Positions 51,867 through 61,281 of a stretch of 64,000 nt of DNA are shown here, one piece after another. The notes beneath the pieces were generated by a model. That model was not told the DNA's origin. It made no database searches and worked only from the letters and a program-made list of their open reading frames with translations. Each line of letters starts with the position of its first letter. Position 1 is the stretch's first letter. The stretch is taken from positions 2,688,001 through 2,752,000 of the forward strand of contig OY969934.1 of assembly GCA_963704725.1 (NCBI GenBank), read 5' to 3'. The DNA is from an uncultured Actinomycetes bacterium. GTDB taxonomy: Bacteria > Actinomycetota > UBA4738 > HRBIN12. Position numbers and translations under genes: made by a program.

Positions 51867-53587
51867 CAGCCGCTCCCCTCGGCGGCTCCGGCCCGGGGCC
51901 GGAAGTGGGCGATGTCCAGGATCGAGCCCGTCCGCTCGGCCTCGGGCTTCCATACGGCCTCGACCGCCATGCCGATGCGGACGTCCTCGGGCGCCACCTC
52001 GCCGAGCTTGTGGAGGAACCCGCCGTCGGAGCCGTCGATCGCGATGACGGCGGGGAGCTCGGGCTCGGGCAGCCGCTCCATGTCCCATCGAACGTGGCAG
52101 ATCGAGAACGTCTGGACGATGCCGGTCGGCTCGACCTCCACCCACGCGTCCGTGCCGCGGAAGCACCGCTCGCAGAACATCCGGGGCGGCACGAGGACCC
52201 GATCGCATCCCCGGCACTGCCGGCCGAGGATGCGGCCGGCGCGGAGCCCGTCGAGGTACCGGCCGACGGCGACGCCCGCGTCCCACGTGTACCGGGCATC
52301 GACGGCGTGATCGAGGCCTCCGGTCCCCGAACGGAACTCTCCGTCCGAGAGCGCGTGCCCGCCGGCCGACAGCGGGGGCGTCTGGACCACCGGGAGCTCC
52401 GTGGCCGTGGCGGGCGGCCCGCCTTCCGAGCCCATCACGACGACGGTGCCCACCTGCATGAGGTCGCCCCACGCCTGCGCGACACCGCGCTCGGGTGTGC
52501 CGGGCACCTGCCGCGCCCCGGCCTCCCCCCGGAGCTGCCAGAAGAGCTCGGCGACCTTCATCAATCCGGCGGCGGCGATGGGGTTCCCCACTCCGAGCAG
52601 GCCGCCGGACGGACAGCTCGGCAGGTCGCCGTCGCGGTTGAGGACACCGTCGCGCGCCGCCTCGGGGGCCCTGCCCCTGTCGAACAGGAGCAGCCCCTCC
52701 AGATGGTGGAGCTCCTTGTAGTCGAACGGGTCGTACGGCTCGGCCAGGTGGATCTGCTTGCGAGGCTCGGTGACGCCGGCCATCTCGTACGCCATGCGAG
52801 CGGCGTTCGCGACGTACTCTGGGAAGACGAGGTCGCGGTTGGTCCAGTACGCGGTGTCGAGGTTCCAGCCGACTCCCTGGATCCACACCGGCTTGTCGGT
52901 CAGGCGCCGCGCGGCCTCCTCGCTCGCCACGACGATGGCCACGGCGCCGTCGCTGATCGGCGAGACGTCGAGCCGCTGCACGGGCCACGCCAGCGTCTCG
53001 GAGGCCAGGACGTCCTCTACCGTGATCTCGGCCTGCCCCAGGAGCGCCGCCGGATGGTCGGCCGCGTTCCGCTTGTTCTTCACCGCCACGGTCGCGATGT
53101 CGCGCTTGTCGAGGCCGTACACGCTCATGTAGCGGTTCATCTCGAGCGCGAAGATCCACAGCAGGTTCGGACCGAGGGGCCGCTCGAGCACGTTGTCGAA
53201 GATCGTGAGGAACGCGCCCTGGGGGTGGGGCTGGGTCGAGGACATCTTCTCCTCGGCCACGGCGAGCACGACGTCGGCCATCCCGCTCGCCACCGTGTAG
53301 TACGCCTGGATCGCGGTGAAGACGCCGCTGCCGCCCCCGACGTACGTCCGGATGAAGGGCTTGCCGAACGCACCGGCGCCGTCGGACAGGTACTCGCCCT
53401 TCATGTGGACGCCATCGAACGCGTCCGGCGCGCTCGTCAGGCAGACCGCGTCGACGTCGGCGAGCGAGAGTTCGCAGGAGTCGAGTGCCGCTCGCGAGGC
53501 CTCCCACGACAGCTCCTTGCCGGTCTCGAGCGCGCGGCGGACGAACTTCGTCATCCCCGCCCCGACGACCGCGACCCGGCGCGCCAC
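51866..53587 (-). CDS. SCP2-thiolase-like protein fused to C-terminal DUF35 OB-fold
   Basis: SPISDGA, EPYDPF, PSGGLLGVGNP; C-terminal CRGC...CERC. Confidence 0.88.
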   Translation of the reverse strand: MARRVAVVGAGMTKFVRRALETGKELSWEASRAALDSCELSLADVDAVCLTSAPDAFDGVHMKGEYLSDGAGAFGKPFIRTYVGGGSGVFTAIQAYYTVASGMADVVLAVAEEKMSSTQPHPQGAFLTIFDNVLERPLGPNLLWIFALEMNRYMSVYGLDKRDIATVAVKNKRNAADHPAALLGQAEITVEDVLASETLAWPVQRLDVSPISDGAVAIVVASEEAARRLTDKPVWIQGVGWNLDTAYWTNRDLVFPEYVANAARMAYEMAGVTEPRKQIHLAEPYDPFDYKELHHLEGLLLFDRGRAPEAARDGVLNRDGDLPSCPSGGLLGVGNPIAAAGLMKVAELFWQLRGEAGARQVPGTPERGVAQAWGDLMQVGTVVVMGSEGGPPATATELPVVQTPPLSAGGHALSDGEFRSGTGGLDHAVDARYTWDAGVAVGRYLDGLRAGRILGRQCRGCDRVLVPPRMFCERCFRGTDAWVEVEPTGIVQTFSICHVRWDMERLPEPELPAVIAIDGSDGGFLHKLGEVAPEDVRIGMAVEAVWKPEAERTGSILDIAHFRPRAGAAEGSG

Positions 53588-53589
53588 CG

Positions 53590-53955
53590 TCAGCCCTCCC
53601 CCTGCGTCCGGTACTCGATCAGCTGCATCGAGTTCCCGTCGGGATCGGAGAACGAGGCGTAGCGCGCGTAGCCGGGGACCTCGCCGAGATGGTCCTCGAA
53701 CGCCACGCCCCGCGCCTCGAGCGACGCTTTCGCGAGGTCGAGGTCGTCGACCAGGAAGACCGCGGTCCCCCCGTGCCGCGCGGTGCTCTCGCCGGCGCCG
53801 TGCAGCCCGATGCGGATCGGGCCCGCCGCGAACTCGGCCCAGGTGTCCTCGTGCCGCATCCGCAGCTCGAGCCCGACGGCGTCGCGATAGAACGCGACGG
53901 AGCGATCCATGTCGGTCACCCAGAACCACACGTGGTCGACGGCGCCGACGCTCAT
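53590..53955 (-). CDS. VOC/glyoxalase family protein
   Basis: DHVWFWVTDMDRSVAFY...FSDPDGN. Confidence 0.88.
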   Translation of the reverse strand: MSVGAVDHVWFWVTDMDRSVAFYRDAVGLELRMRHEDTWAEFAAGPIRIGLHGAGESTARHGGTAVFLVDDLDLAKASLEARGVAFEDHLGEVPGYARYASFSDPDGNSMQLIEYRTQGEG

Positions 53956-55124
53956 GCGCCCGCCCCGGAGTCGCCGGCCAGGACGGCCACGGCCGCCGAC
54001 GTGCTCGGAACGTGCCGGGCCGACTGGGCCACGGCGACGAACGTCTCGTCCACCTGCCGCTCCCCGGCCTCCCCTCGCAGCTGCTCCACGCACTCCAGCA
54101 CCCGCACGAGCCCGTTCGCCTCGAACAGGTCGCCCTGCCCCAGCGAGCCGCCCGACACGTTCACCGGGAGGTCCCCGTCGGGGTCGAGCTCTCCGTCGGA
54201 CAGGAGCCCGGCGAGGTCTTCGGCCGACCCAAGCCCCAGCGCCTCGAGATGCAGGAGCTCCCGGAACGAGAACAGGTCGTCCACCTCCGCGAGGTCGATC
54301 TCCTCGCCGGGATCCACGATCCCCGCCTGCCGGTACGCCATCCGCGCGGCCGCCGTGGTGGCGTCGCTCTCGCCCCACAGCCGGCTCTCGAGGGAGGGCG
54401 AGCCGGAGGCCCATCCCGTACCGAGCACCCACACCGGTGCCTCGGACAGGTCGCGAGCCCGGTCACCGCCGGCGAGCACCACGACGACGCAGCCGTCTGC
54501 CCGCTCGGCCACCTCGAGACGGCGGAGCGGCCAGCTCACCGGGGGCGAGTCGTCGACGTCCTCGGTGGCCAGCGCGGCCCCGTAGGCCGCCCGCGGGTTG
54601 TCGAGCGCGTTCGTCCGGTTCTTGGCGGCAACGGCCGCGCAGTGCTCCTCGGACAGGCCCGTACGCTCGAGGTACGCGTTCATGTCGAGCCCGGCGACCG
54701 CCAGCGTGGAGATCCCGAGCGGGCGGTTGAAGACGGGGTCGAGCGCGAAGGCCTCGATCGCGCCGAGCGAGCGGACGTCGGAGGCCTTGCTGTGCGCCTC
54801 GACGGCGACCACCGAGGCCAGGCCGGAGCGGATCAGCATGACGCCGGTAGCCAGGCCGAACAGCCCGTCGGCGGCCACGCTGTGCACGGGCCGCTGCATC
54901 GCGCCGAGCTGGTCGGGCACGTACTCGTCGAAGATCGACGTGCCCTCGAGCAGGTCCTCCGAGCAGCACACGAACGAGTCGATCTCGGTTCGCGGGTCCA
55001 CGCCGGCGTCGAAGTACGCGCGGGTGGCGGCCTCGAACATCAGCTCCTTGTAGGAGACGCCGGCCGTGATGGGGGCGAACCCCGCGTGCCCGATGCCCAC
55101 GACGGCGATCCTCGGCGCGTCCAC
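53952..55124 (-). CDS. SCP2-thiolase-like protein
   Basis: IAVVGIG, KNRTNALDNP, ADGC, NVSGG. Confidence 0.85.
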   Translation of the reverse strand: MDAPRIAVVGIGHAGFAPITAGVSYKELMFEAATRAYFDAGVDPRTEIDSFVCCSEDLLEGTSIFDEYVPDQLGAMQRPVHSVAADGLFGLATGVMLIRSGLASVVAVEAHSKASDVRSLGAIEAFALDPVFNRPLGISTLAVAGLDMNAYLERTGLSEEHCAAVAAKNRTNALDNPRAAYGAALATEDVDDSPPVSWPLRRLEVAERADGCVVVVLAGGDRARDLSEAPVWVLGTGWASGSPSLESRLWGESDATTAAARMAYRQAGIVDPGEEIDLAEVDDLFSFRELLHLEALGLGSAEDLAGLLSDGELDPDGDLPVNVSGGSLGQGDLFEANGLVRVLECVEQLRGEAGERQVDETFVAVAQSARHVPSTSAAVAVLAGDSGAGA

Positions 55125-55206
55125 GCCCGGATTCTCCCACCAACGTACGTGCCGTAGGTTCCCCGCCCGTCGTGCGCGGCTCGAGTCGTCGGTCTCCGGC
55201 CTCCTC

Positions 55207-55434
55207 CTACGCGGGCAGGCGGGCCAGGAGCTCGTCGAGGAGCTGGACGGCCCTTGCGGTGTCCGGGTCGGCCGTCGCCTCGCCGGCCGGCGACAGCAGC
55301 TGTTGCCTGGCGCGGACGACCGACACCCGGCGCCCGCCGCAGAACGTCTCCAGCTCGTGAAGGGCTCGTTCCTGGATGGCCTCGGTGCGCGCAAGCGCGA
55401 CTGAGAGATCTCGGACGTCGTCGGCGAATGACAT
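55207..55434 (-). CDS. Small helical hypothetical protein (75 aa)
   Basis: Strong SD GAGGAGGAG before ATG; amphipathic sequence. Confidence 0.65.
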   Translation of the reverse strand: MSFADDVRDLSVALARTEAIQERALHELETFCGGRRVSVVRARQQLLSPAGEATADPDTARAVQLLDELLARLPA

Positions 55435-55436
55435 GT

Positions 55437-55583
55437 CTCCTCCTCGCTGGATCAACGGTCGACGCGAGATCACGCCCGTGGACCCGAGAACGGGTCGGCG
55501 GATCCGCCTCGCCGATGGCGACGAGGCGTTCGCGATGATCGCGCTAGATCTCGAGAGACGCCGGGGGACCGTGGCGAGAGAAG
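55437..55583 (-). promoter_or_regulatory. Multibranch RNA structure covering the SD of the 75-aa gene
   Basis: Nested pairings 55574-83/55437-47, 55567-72/55455-60, 55547-53/55465-71; inner hairpins 55481-96, 55505-28, 55531-43. Confidence 0.6.
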
Positions 55584-55912
55584 CCGAGCGCCAACGGCCC
55601 GGCGGTCTGGATGAAGCGGGAGCGAAGGAGGTCCCGGCCGGCTGAGACCGATGCCTGGAGCCGGACGACGCGCGCGTCGGTGGCCGCCAGGGAGCGTGGC
55701 CCTTCCGTCCGGCGCCAACCGCCGGAGAACGCGGGCCGGTCCGAGACGGTGATCATGACCGTCGGGACCGCCTCGATCGTCCTCGCCTTCTGCCGCCCCG
55801 AGGGGTCGGACAGGGGCGCCTCTCCGCCCGATCGGCCGGCGGCGATCCACGCGAGGAGAGCCACCGAGAGCGCGGCGAGCGTGCGCCCTCCGACGGTCCG
55901 AGGGTGGATCAC
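55544..55912 (-). CDS. Leaderless ORF with N-terminal hydrophobic segment and C-terminal HGPP (candidate arrest peptide)
   Basis: TACGCT 6 nt before GTG; TLAALSVALLAWIAAG; ends FSRHGPPASLEI-stop. Confidence 0.55.
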   Translation of the reverse strand: MIHPRTVGGRTLAALSVALLAWIAAGRSGGEAPLSDPSGRQKARTIEAVPTVMITVSDRPAFSGGWRRTEGPRSLAATDARVVRLQASVSAGRDLLRSRFIQTAGPLALGFSRHGPPASLEI

Positions 55913-55954
55913 GGGCCGAGCGTAGGCGCACGCGCGGCGCGGGCGCAAGGCGAG

Positions 55955-56596
55955 CTACTGGCCGAGGATCTTCTTCTTCTGGTTCTGGAACTCCGCCTCG
56001 GTGAGGACGCCCTTGTCGCGGAGCTCGGCCAGACGCTCGAGCTCGGAGGTGGCGGAGGGCCCGGAGGGCGAGGCCGCGGCCCGGCCCCGGCCTTGAAACA
56101 TCCGCTCCTTGTTCCGCTCGCCCTGCTCGTAGATCTCCTTCTGGACGGACTCGGGGTGCCGCACGTTGGCGAACGTGTTCCGGCCGAACTCCCCGGCCGA
56201 CTCCAGGATCAGGTCGCCGGCCCCGACGAGGCGCTCCAGGATCGACTGGTTGAACCGCACGTCGTTGATGGCCTCGAGGGGGATCTCCATCGTGTGCTTG
56301 GCGATGAACCCTTCGCGGTGGATCACCCGGTCGCTCGTTACCGCGAAGTTCGACGTGACCCACGCGATGAACGCGCGCAGCGGATACCACACGAGGACCA
56401 CGACGCCGACCGCGAGGGACCCCCAGATCACGACGCTTCGCCCGGCGCCGTCGTCGGGCGCCTTCGCCACCGCGAGGATCCATCCGGCCAGCACGAGCGC
56501 CGTCACGATCGCCGGCATCACCAGCGCGATCCAGTGGGGACGGAGGTCGAGCACGATCTCCTCACCCTCGATCAACAGCCTGCGAGGGAACGCCAT
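55955..56596 (-). CDS. Bacterial PH-domain membrane protein with SHOCT domain
   Basis: LRPHW, 2 TM, VTSDRVI, QSILERLVGAG; ELERLAELRDKGVLTEAEFQNQKKKIL. Confidence 0.85.
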   Translation of the reverse strand: MAFPRRLLIEGEEIVLDLRPHWIALVMPAIVTALVLAGWILAVAKAPDDGAGRSVVIWGSLAVGVVVLVWYPLRAFIAWVTSNFAVTSDRVIHREGFIAKHTMEIPLEAINDVRFNQSILERLVGAGDLILESAGEFGRNTFANVRHPESVQKEIYEQGERNKERMFQGRGRAAASPSGPSATSELERLAELRDKGVLTEAEFQNQKKKILGQ

Positions 56597-56605
56597 GCGC
56601 GGAGC

Positions 56606-57361
56606 TTACTCCAGGTGCTGGACGTCGCCGAACCGGACGACCTCGGTCCCTCGCTCCGTCCGGACGAGCAACCCGCCTGCCTCGTCGACCTCGACCGCCT
56701 CGCCCTCGACCACGGATCCGTCGGTCGTCGTGGCCCGCACGCGGAGCCCGAGCGTCGCGCACCGCCGCCGGTACGCGGCCACCACCGCGCCGGGGAAGGC
56801 GGGGTGTCCGGGCTCGTAGCGCTCGGCGAAGACGCGGAGGAAGGCCGTGAGGAGCTCCTCCGCCCCGGCGTCGACGGCGCCGGCGTCGGTGAACTCCTGC
56901 GGTGGCTCGCCGAGGTTCACGCCGACGCCGAGCACGACGTGGTCCAGGCGGTCGTCGTGCAGGCGCGACTCGGCCAGGATGCCCGCCGCCTTGCGGCCGC
57001 CCACCAGCACGTCGTTCGGCCACTTGCAGGCGGCCCGCTGATCGCCGACCTGCTCTGCGGCCTCGGCCAGCGCCGTCCCGGCGAGCAAGCTGAGCAGGCC
57101 TCCGAAAGGCGGGGAGAGCTCCACCGGACGCAGGACCAGCGAGAACATCAGCGCCCGCCCGGGCTCGTCGCGCCACGTCCGGCCGAGGCGGCCGCGCCCC
57201 CGCGTCTGATGCGCCGCGGCGACGAGGGTCCACTGGGGCGAGCCCTCGGCCGCCAGGCGCAGGGCCGTCTCCTGCGTCGAGCGGGTAACCTCGTCGAACC
57301 GGACGGGCGCCGCGAGGCCCACCCGTTCGAGCGCGCGATCCAGGGCGTGGTCGGACAGCAC
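56606..57361 (-). CDS. birA: Biotin-protein ligase
   Basis: QTRGRGRLGRTW, KWPND, KAAGIL, GVGVN. Confidence 0.93.
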   Translation of the reverse strand: MLSDHALDRALERVGLAAPVRFDEVTRSTQETALRLAAEGSPQWTLVAAAHQTRGRGRLGRTWRDEPGRALMFSLVLRPVELSPPFGGLLSLLAGTALAEAAEQVGDQRAACKWPNDVLVGGRKAAGILAESRLHDDRLDHVVLGVGVNLGEPPQEFTDAGAVDAGAEELLTAFLRVFAERYEPGHPAFPGAVVAAYRRRCATLGLRVRATTTDGSVVEGEAVEVDEAGGLLVRTERGTEVVRFGDVQHLE

Positions 57362-57413
57362 GGACGTTGACTCCCGTTGGGGGGTACTCGATTATCGGCT
57401 GCCGGAGCAGCGT

Positions 57414-59141
57414 GTGGCGAAACCTCGGATCCTGATCGCGAACCGCGGCGAGATCGCCGTGCGCATCATCCGGACGATCCGGGAGCTCGGGTACACCTCG
57501 ATCGCCGTGTACAGCGACGCCGACCGCGACGCCCTCCACGTCCAGATGGCCGACCAGGCGTACCGGATCGGGCCGCCGCTGCCGGCCGACTCCTATCTGT
57601 CGATCGGGGCGATCCTCGACGCCGCCCGCAAGGCCAAGGCCACCGCGATCCATCCCGGCTATGGGTTCCTGTCCGAGCGAGCCCACTTCGCGCAGGCGGT
57701 CGGGGAGGCGGGGTTCACGTTCATCGGACCACCGCCCGAGGCGATCGAGGTGATGGGCGACAAGTCGGCGGCCCGGCAGGCGGCCGACCGCGTGGGGGTC
57801 CCCATCGTGCCCGGCACCCCGGAACCCGTCACGATCGAGGATGCGCCCCGCGAGGCCGAGCGGATCGGCTTCCCCGTGCTGGTGAAGGCGGCGTTCGGGG
57901 GCGGCGGCCGCGGGATGCACATCGTGCGCAAGCCCGAGGAGCTCGCCAACGCGCTGACCCGCGCCGCGCGCGAGGCCCAGGCGTACTTCGGCCGCCCCGA
58001 GGTGTTCCTCGAGCGGTACGTCGACCGATCGCATCACGTCGAGGCGCAGATCCTGGCGGACACGCACGGCAACGTGTTCTTCCTCGGGGAGCGGGACTGC
58101 TCGGTCCAGCGACGGCACCAGAAGCTCATCGAGGAGACCCCCTCGCCCGTGGTCGACACCGACCTCCGGCAGCGGATCGGCGAGGCATCGATGGCGCTGG
58201 CCAAGGAGGCCGGGTACGTCAACGCCGGCACCGTGGAGTGCATCGTCGACGAGGACGGGTCGTTCTACTTCCTCGAGATGAACACCCGGCTCCAGGTCGA
58301 GCACACCGTCACGGAGATGGTGACCGGCCTCGACCTCGTGGCCCTGCAGATCCGCGTGGCCCTCGGCGACAAGCTCGACCTGAGCGACGTGCGACCTCGC
58401 GGACACGCCATCCAGTGCCGGATCAACGCTGAGGACCCGGCTCGGAACTTCCTCCCCGGGCCGGGCCGCATCACCGCCTACCGGGAGCCGGCCGGGCCGT
58501 TCGTCCGCGTCGACTCGTCCGTCGAGGAGGGCCGGGAGGTCCCCGCCGACTACGACTCGATGTTCGCGAAGCTGGTCGTGTCGGCGGAGACACGCGACCG
58601 CGCCATCGCGCGGATGCTCCGGGCGCTGGACGAGTTCCGCGTAGAAGGCGTGCCGACGACGATCCCGCTGCACCGGTGGATCCTGCAGACGCGCGCGTTC
58701 CACAAGTCGACCCACACCACGACCTGGCTGGAGAAGGCGCTCCGCGACGCCGAGCTCGCGCTCCCCGTCGACGGCGCGCAGCCTCAGGGCGAGGCGAAGC
58801 CTCCCGTGCCGGCCGAGCTCCTGCTCGAGGTGGACGGGCGCCGCGTCGAGGTCCGGATCTTCGACCAGCGCCGGGAGTCGGCGCCCAAGCCGCCGAGCCG
58901 CCACTCGGCGCACCACGAGCAGGCCGTCCACAGCGTCGTGGCCGCCCAGATGCAGGGCACGATCGTCCGCGTGCTGGTCGAGCCCGGCCAGGGGGTCCAG
59001 GCCGGCGACGTCGTCTGCATCCTCGAGGCCATGAAGATGGAGAACGCCATCCCCGCCCCTCGCGACGGGACGGTGTCCGAGGTGAAGATCGCCGCCGGTC
59101 AGGTCGTGCAGGCCGGCGACGCGCTCGTCGTGCTCGACTGA
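57414..59141 (+). CDS. Acyl-CoA carboxylase alpha subunit (biotin carboxylase plus BCCP)
   Basis: ANRGEIA, HPGYGFLSE, GGGGRG, EMNTRLQVEH, EAMKM. Confidence 0.96.
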   Translation: MAKPRILIANRGEIAVRIIRTIRELGYTSIAVYSDADRDALHVQMADQAYRIGPPLPADSYLSIGAILDAARKAKATAIHPGYGFLSERAHFAQAVGEAGFTFIGPPPEAIEVMGDKSAARQAADRVGVPIVPGTPEPVTIEDAPREAERIGFPVLVKAAFGGGGRGMHIVRKPEELANALTRAAREAQAYFGRPEVFLERYVDRSHHVEAQILADTHGNVFFLGERDCSVQRRHQKLIEETPSPVVDTDLRQRIGEASMALAKEAGYVNAGTVECIVDEDGSFYFLEMNTRLQVEHTVTEMVTGLDLVALQIRVALGDKLDLSDVRPRGHAIQCRINAEDPARNFLPGPGRITAYREPAGPFVRVDSSVEEGREVPADYDSMFAKLVVSAETRDRAIARMLRALDEFRVEGVPTTIPLHRWILQTRAFHKSTHTTTWLEKALRDAELALPVDGAQPQGEAKPPVPAELLLEVDGRRVEVRIFDQRRESAPKPPSRHSAHHEQAVHSVVAAQMQGTIVRVLVEPGQGVQAGDVVCILEAMKMENAIPAPRDGTVSEVKIAAGQVVQAGDALVVLD

Positions 59142-59152
59142 ACCCGGTCTCG

Positions 59153-59842
59153 CTACCTCGGCCCCGGCGCGCCCCAGGCGTCGCGGCCGGTGATGCGGAA
59201 GCCGCTGTCGTGGAGCTTGTAGGTCCGGTTGATGGAGACCAGGAGCGCCGTCATCGTTTCGGCGATCCGCGCCATCGTGAGATCGCCGGCGTCCACCCAC
59301 CGCAGGTTCGGGATGGCCTCGACGAGCTCCCCGACCGCCGCTTTGGCCTGCGGGTCCTTCCCGCACACGAACACGTCGCTCTCCATGGCGTGCTCCAGGT
59401 CCTGCAGCTGCTCCCCCGAGATCGTGTGGAAGGCGGACACGAAGTTCGCCTTGGGGATCAGCGCCTTGGCCTGCTCCACGGCCGAGCCGTGCCACGGCCG
59501 GATCACCTGCCACGCTCGGCCCCCGACCGCCGTCGCCAGGGGGCTCGTGCAGTCGACGACGACCTTGCCGTCGGCGACGTGATCCTTGATGGCCCGATAG
59601 ATGTCGGCCTGTCCCCCGTAAGGGACCGTGACGAACACGATGTCGCCCTGCTCGGCCGCCTTCTCGTTCGTCGTCCCGTCCACAAGCGCGTCGGCGCCGA
59701 TGATCTCCCTAGCCTTGCCGGCCACCGTCTGGCCCTTCTCCTCGGATCGAGAGCCGATGATGACGTGCCGTCCCGCCTTCGCGAGTCGGAGGGTGAGACC
59801 GAACCCCTCTTCCCCGGTTCCGCCGATCACTGAGATGTCCAT
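59153..59842 (-). CDS. npdG: NADPH-dependent F420 reductase
   Basis: IGGTGEEGFGL, IGSR, VTVPY, SAFHTIS, LVSINR. Confidence 0.87.
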   Translation of the reverse strand: MDISVIGGTGEEGFGLTLRLAKAGRHVIIGSRSEEKGQTVAGKAREIIGADALVDGTTNEKAAEQGDIVFVTVPYGGQADIYRAIKDHVADGKVVVDCTSPLATAVGGRAWQVIRPWHGSAVEQAKALIPKANFVSAFHTISGEQLQDLEHAMESDVFVCGKDPQAKAAVGELVEAIPNLRWVDAGDLTMARIAETMTALLVSINRTYKLHDSGFRITGRDAWGAPGPR

Positions 59843-59908
59843 GGCGGCCAGGGTAGTCGAGCGGTCCAGGCCGGCCAGTGGGCCGGACGGCCCAACCGGA
59901 CCGGGGAC

Positions 59909-60082
59909 ATGGGACCCTGTGGCGCCGTGGCCAGGACGCTCACGAACCTGATCGAGATCGCGGTCGGGCTCGCCTGCCTCGCCGGGGCCGCGCTCGCCTG
60001 GCCGCGCCGTCTGCGCGTCGTTGCCGCCGTGCTCGCCCTGGCGGGCGTGACGGCCGTCGCCCACGCGGCCGTGTCGTTCTGA
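59909..60082 (+). CDS. Small 2-TM membrane protein (57 aa)
   Basis: Manual translation MGPCGAVARTLTNLIEIAVGLACLAGAALAWPRRLRVVAAVLALAGVTAVAHAAVSF; not in ORF track. Confidence 0.5.
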   Translation: MGPCGAVARTLTNLIEIAVGLACLAGAALAWPRRLRVVAAVLALAGVTAVAHAAVSF

Positions 60083-60099
60083 TGCGGGAGGATGGGCGG

Positions 60100-60714
60100 A
60101 TGGACGTCGACACCGAGCTGCTGACCTTCGCCACCCAGGCCGAGTGGGAGGCCTGGCTCGAGCGGCACCACCGTACGGCGAGGGTCGTCTGGGTCCGGAT
60201 CGCGAAGAAGGGCTCGGGTGAGCGAACCATCACCCAGGCCGAGGCCGTCGAGAGCGCCCTGTGCTTCGGCTGGATCGACTCGCAGGGGGCTCGGATCGAC
60301 GACCGGTGGTTCCGGCAGCGGCTCACGCCGCGAGGCCCGAAGAGCCCCTGGTCGCAGATCAACCGGCGGCGCGCCGAGGAGCTGATCCGGCAGGGCCGGA
60401 TGCGGCCCGCGGGTCTCGAGGAGGTCGATCGAGCCAGGCGGGACGGCCGGTGGGAAGCCGCCTACCCCGGAGCGCGGGCGGCGACGGTTCCCGACGACCT
60501 CGAGAAGGCCCTCGACGCCGACCCGAAGGCTCGCGCGTTCTTCGACCAACTCGACGGGTCCAATCGGTACGCGATCCTTCACCGGATCGGCCAGGCGAAG
60601 CGCCCCGAGACGCGCGAGCGCCGCATCGCCCGATCCGTCGAGATGCTGGCCGCGGGCGAGACGATCTACCCCACGGCGCGGCGGCGGCCGACGAAGGGCT
60701 CCGCTTCCACCTGA
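60100..60714 (+). CDS. YdeI/OmpD-associated family protein
   Basis: WEAWLERHH, ALCFGWIDS, WSQIN, AKRPETRERRI. Confidence 0.9.
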   Translation: MDVDTELLTFATQAEWEAWLERHHRTARVVWVRIAKKGSGERTITQAEAVESALCFGWIDSQGARIDDRWFRQRLTPRGPKSPWSQINRRRAEELIRQGRMRPAGLEEVDRARRDGRWEAAYPGARAATVPDDLEKALDADPKARAFFDQLDGSNRYAILHRIGQAKRPETRERRIARSVEMLAAGETIYPTARRRPTKGSAST

Positions 60715-60777
60715 GTCGGCCCCGCTCCGGATCGCCCGCTCCCCGCGGTCGGGAGCGCGCCGTCCTGGCTGGAGCGA

Positions 60778-61035
60778 TCAACCGCGGGCCCCTCGGCCGA
60801 GAACGACATCGATCCCGTGGAGGACGAGATCGAGCTCCGACCGGCCCACTCGTCCTACGTGCTCCACGAGCACGTCGCGATCGACGGCCACGATCTGGGA
60901 GACGTTCGCAACCGAATCCTTCGGCAGTCCCGTCCGGCGCCCGCGGAGCAGCACGTTCCCCGGCGCCCCAGCCCACCGGAGATTGCTGGTGAGCGGAACC
61001 ACCACCGTGTAGATGTCCCCCTGGGCGACTACCAC
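60778..61035 (-). pseudogene. mazF: MazF/PemK toxin with in-frame internal deletion
   Basis: MVVAQGDIY joined directly to TVVVPLTSNLRW...GLPKDSVANVSQI; only 85 aa. Confidence 0.75.
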
Positions 61036-61265
61036 TCGCTGCGTTCCAGCGCCTTGCGGCCGGCTTCGCCGAGCCACGGATCGAGCTCGGCGCCATCGTC
61101 GCCGAACACCTCGTCCATGGCACGCGTCACGGCATGTGGGCCACGGCGGAGCAGGTACTCAGCCAGGGCTTCTTGGTAGAGCTGGCTCTGGGACTTCCCG
61201 AGGCGCTTCGCGAGGGCGTCGGCTTCGCGGAAGAGGTCGTCTGAGATCGAGATGGCCGTCTTCAT
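61029..61265 (-). CDS. RHH antitoxin (MazE-type)
   Basis: MKTAISISDDLFREADALAKRLGKSQSQLY; overlaps toxin start. Confidence 0.85.
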   Translation of the reverse strand: MKTAISISDDLFREADALAKRLGKSQSQLYQEALAEYLLRRGPHAVTRAMDEVFGDDGAELDPWLGEAGRKALERSEW

Positions 61266-61281
61266 ACCCGGAGTATCACCG

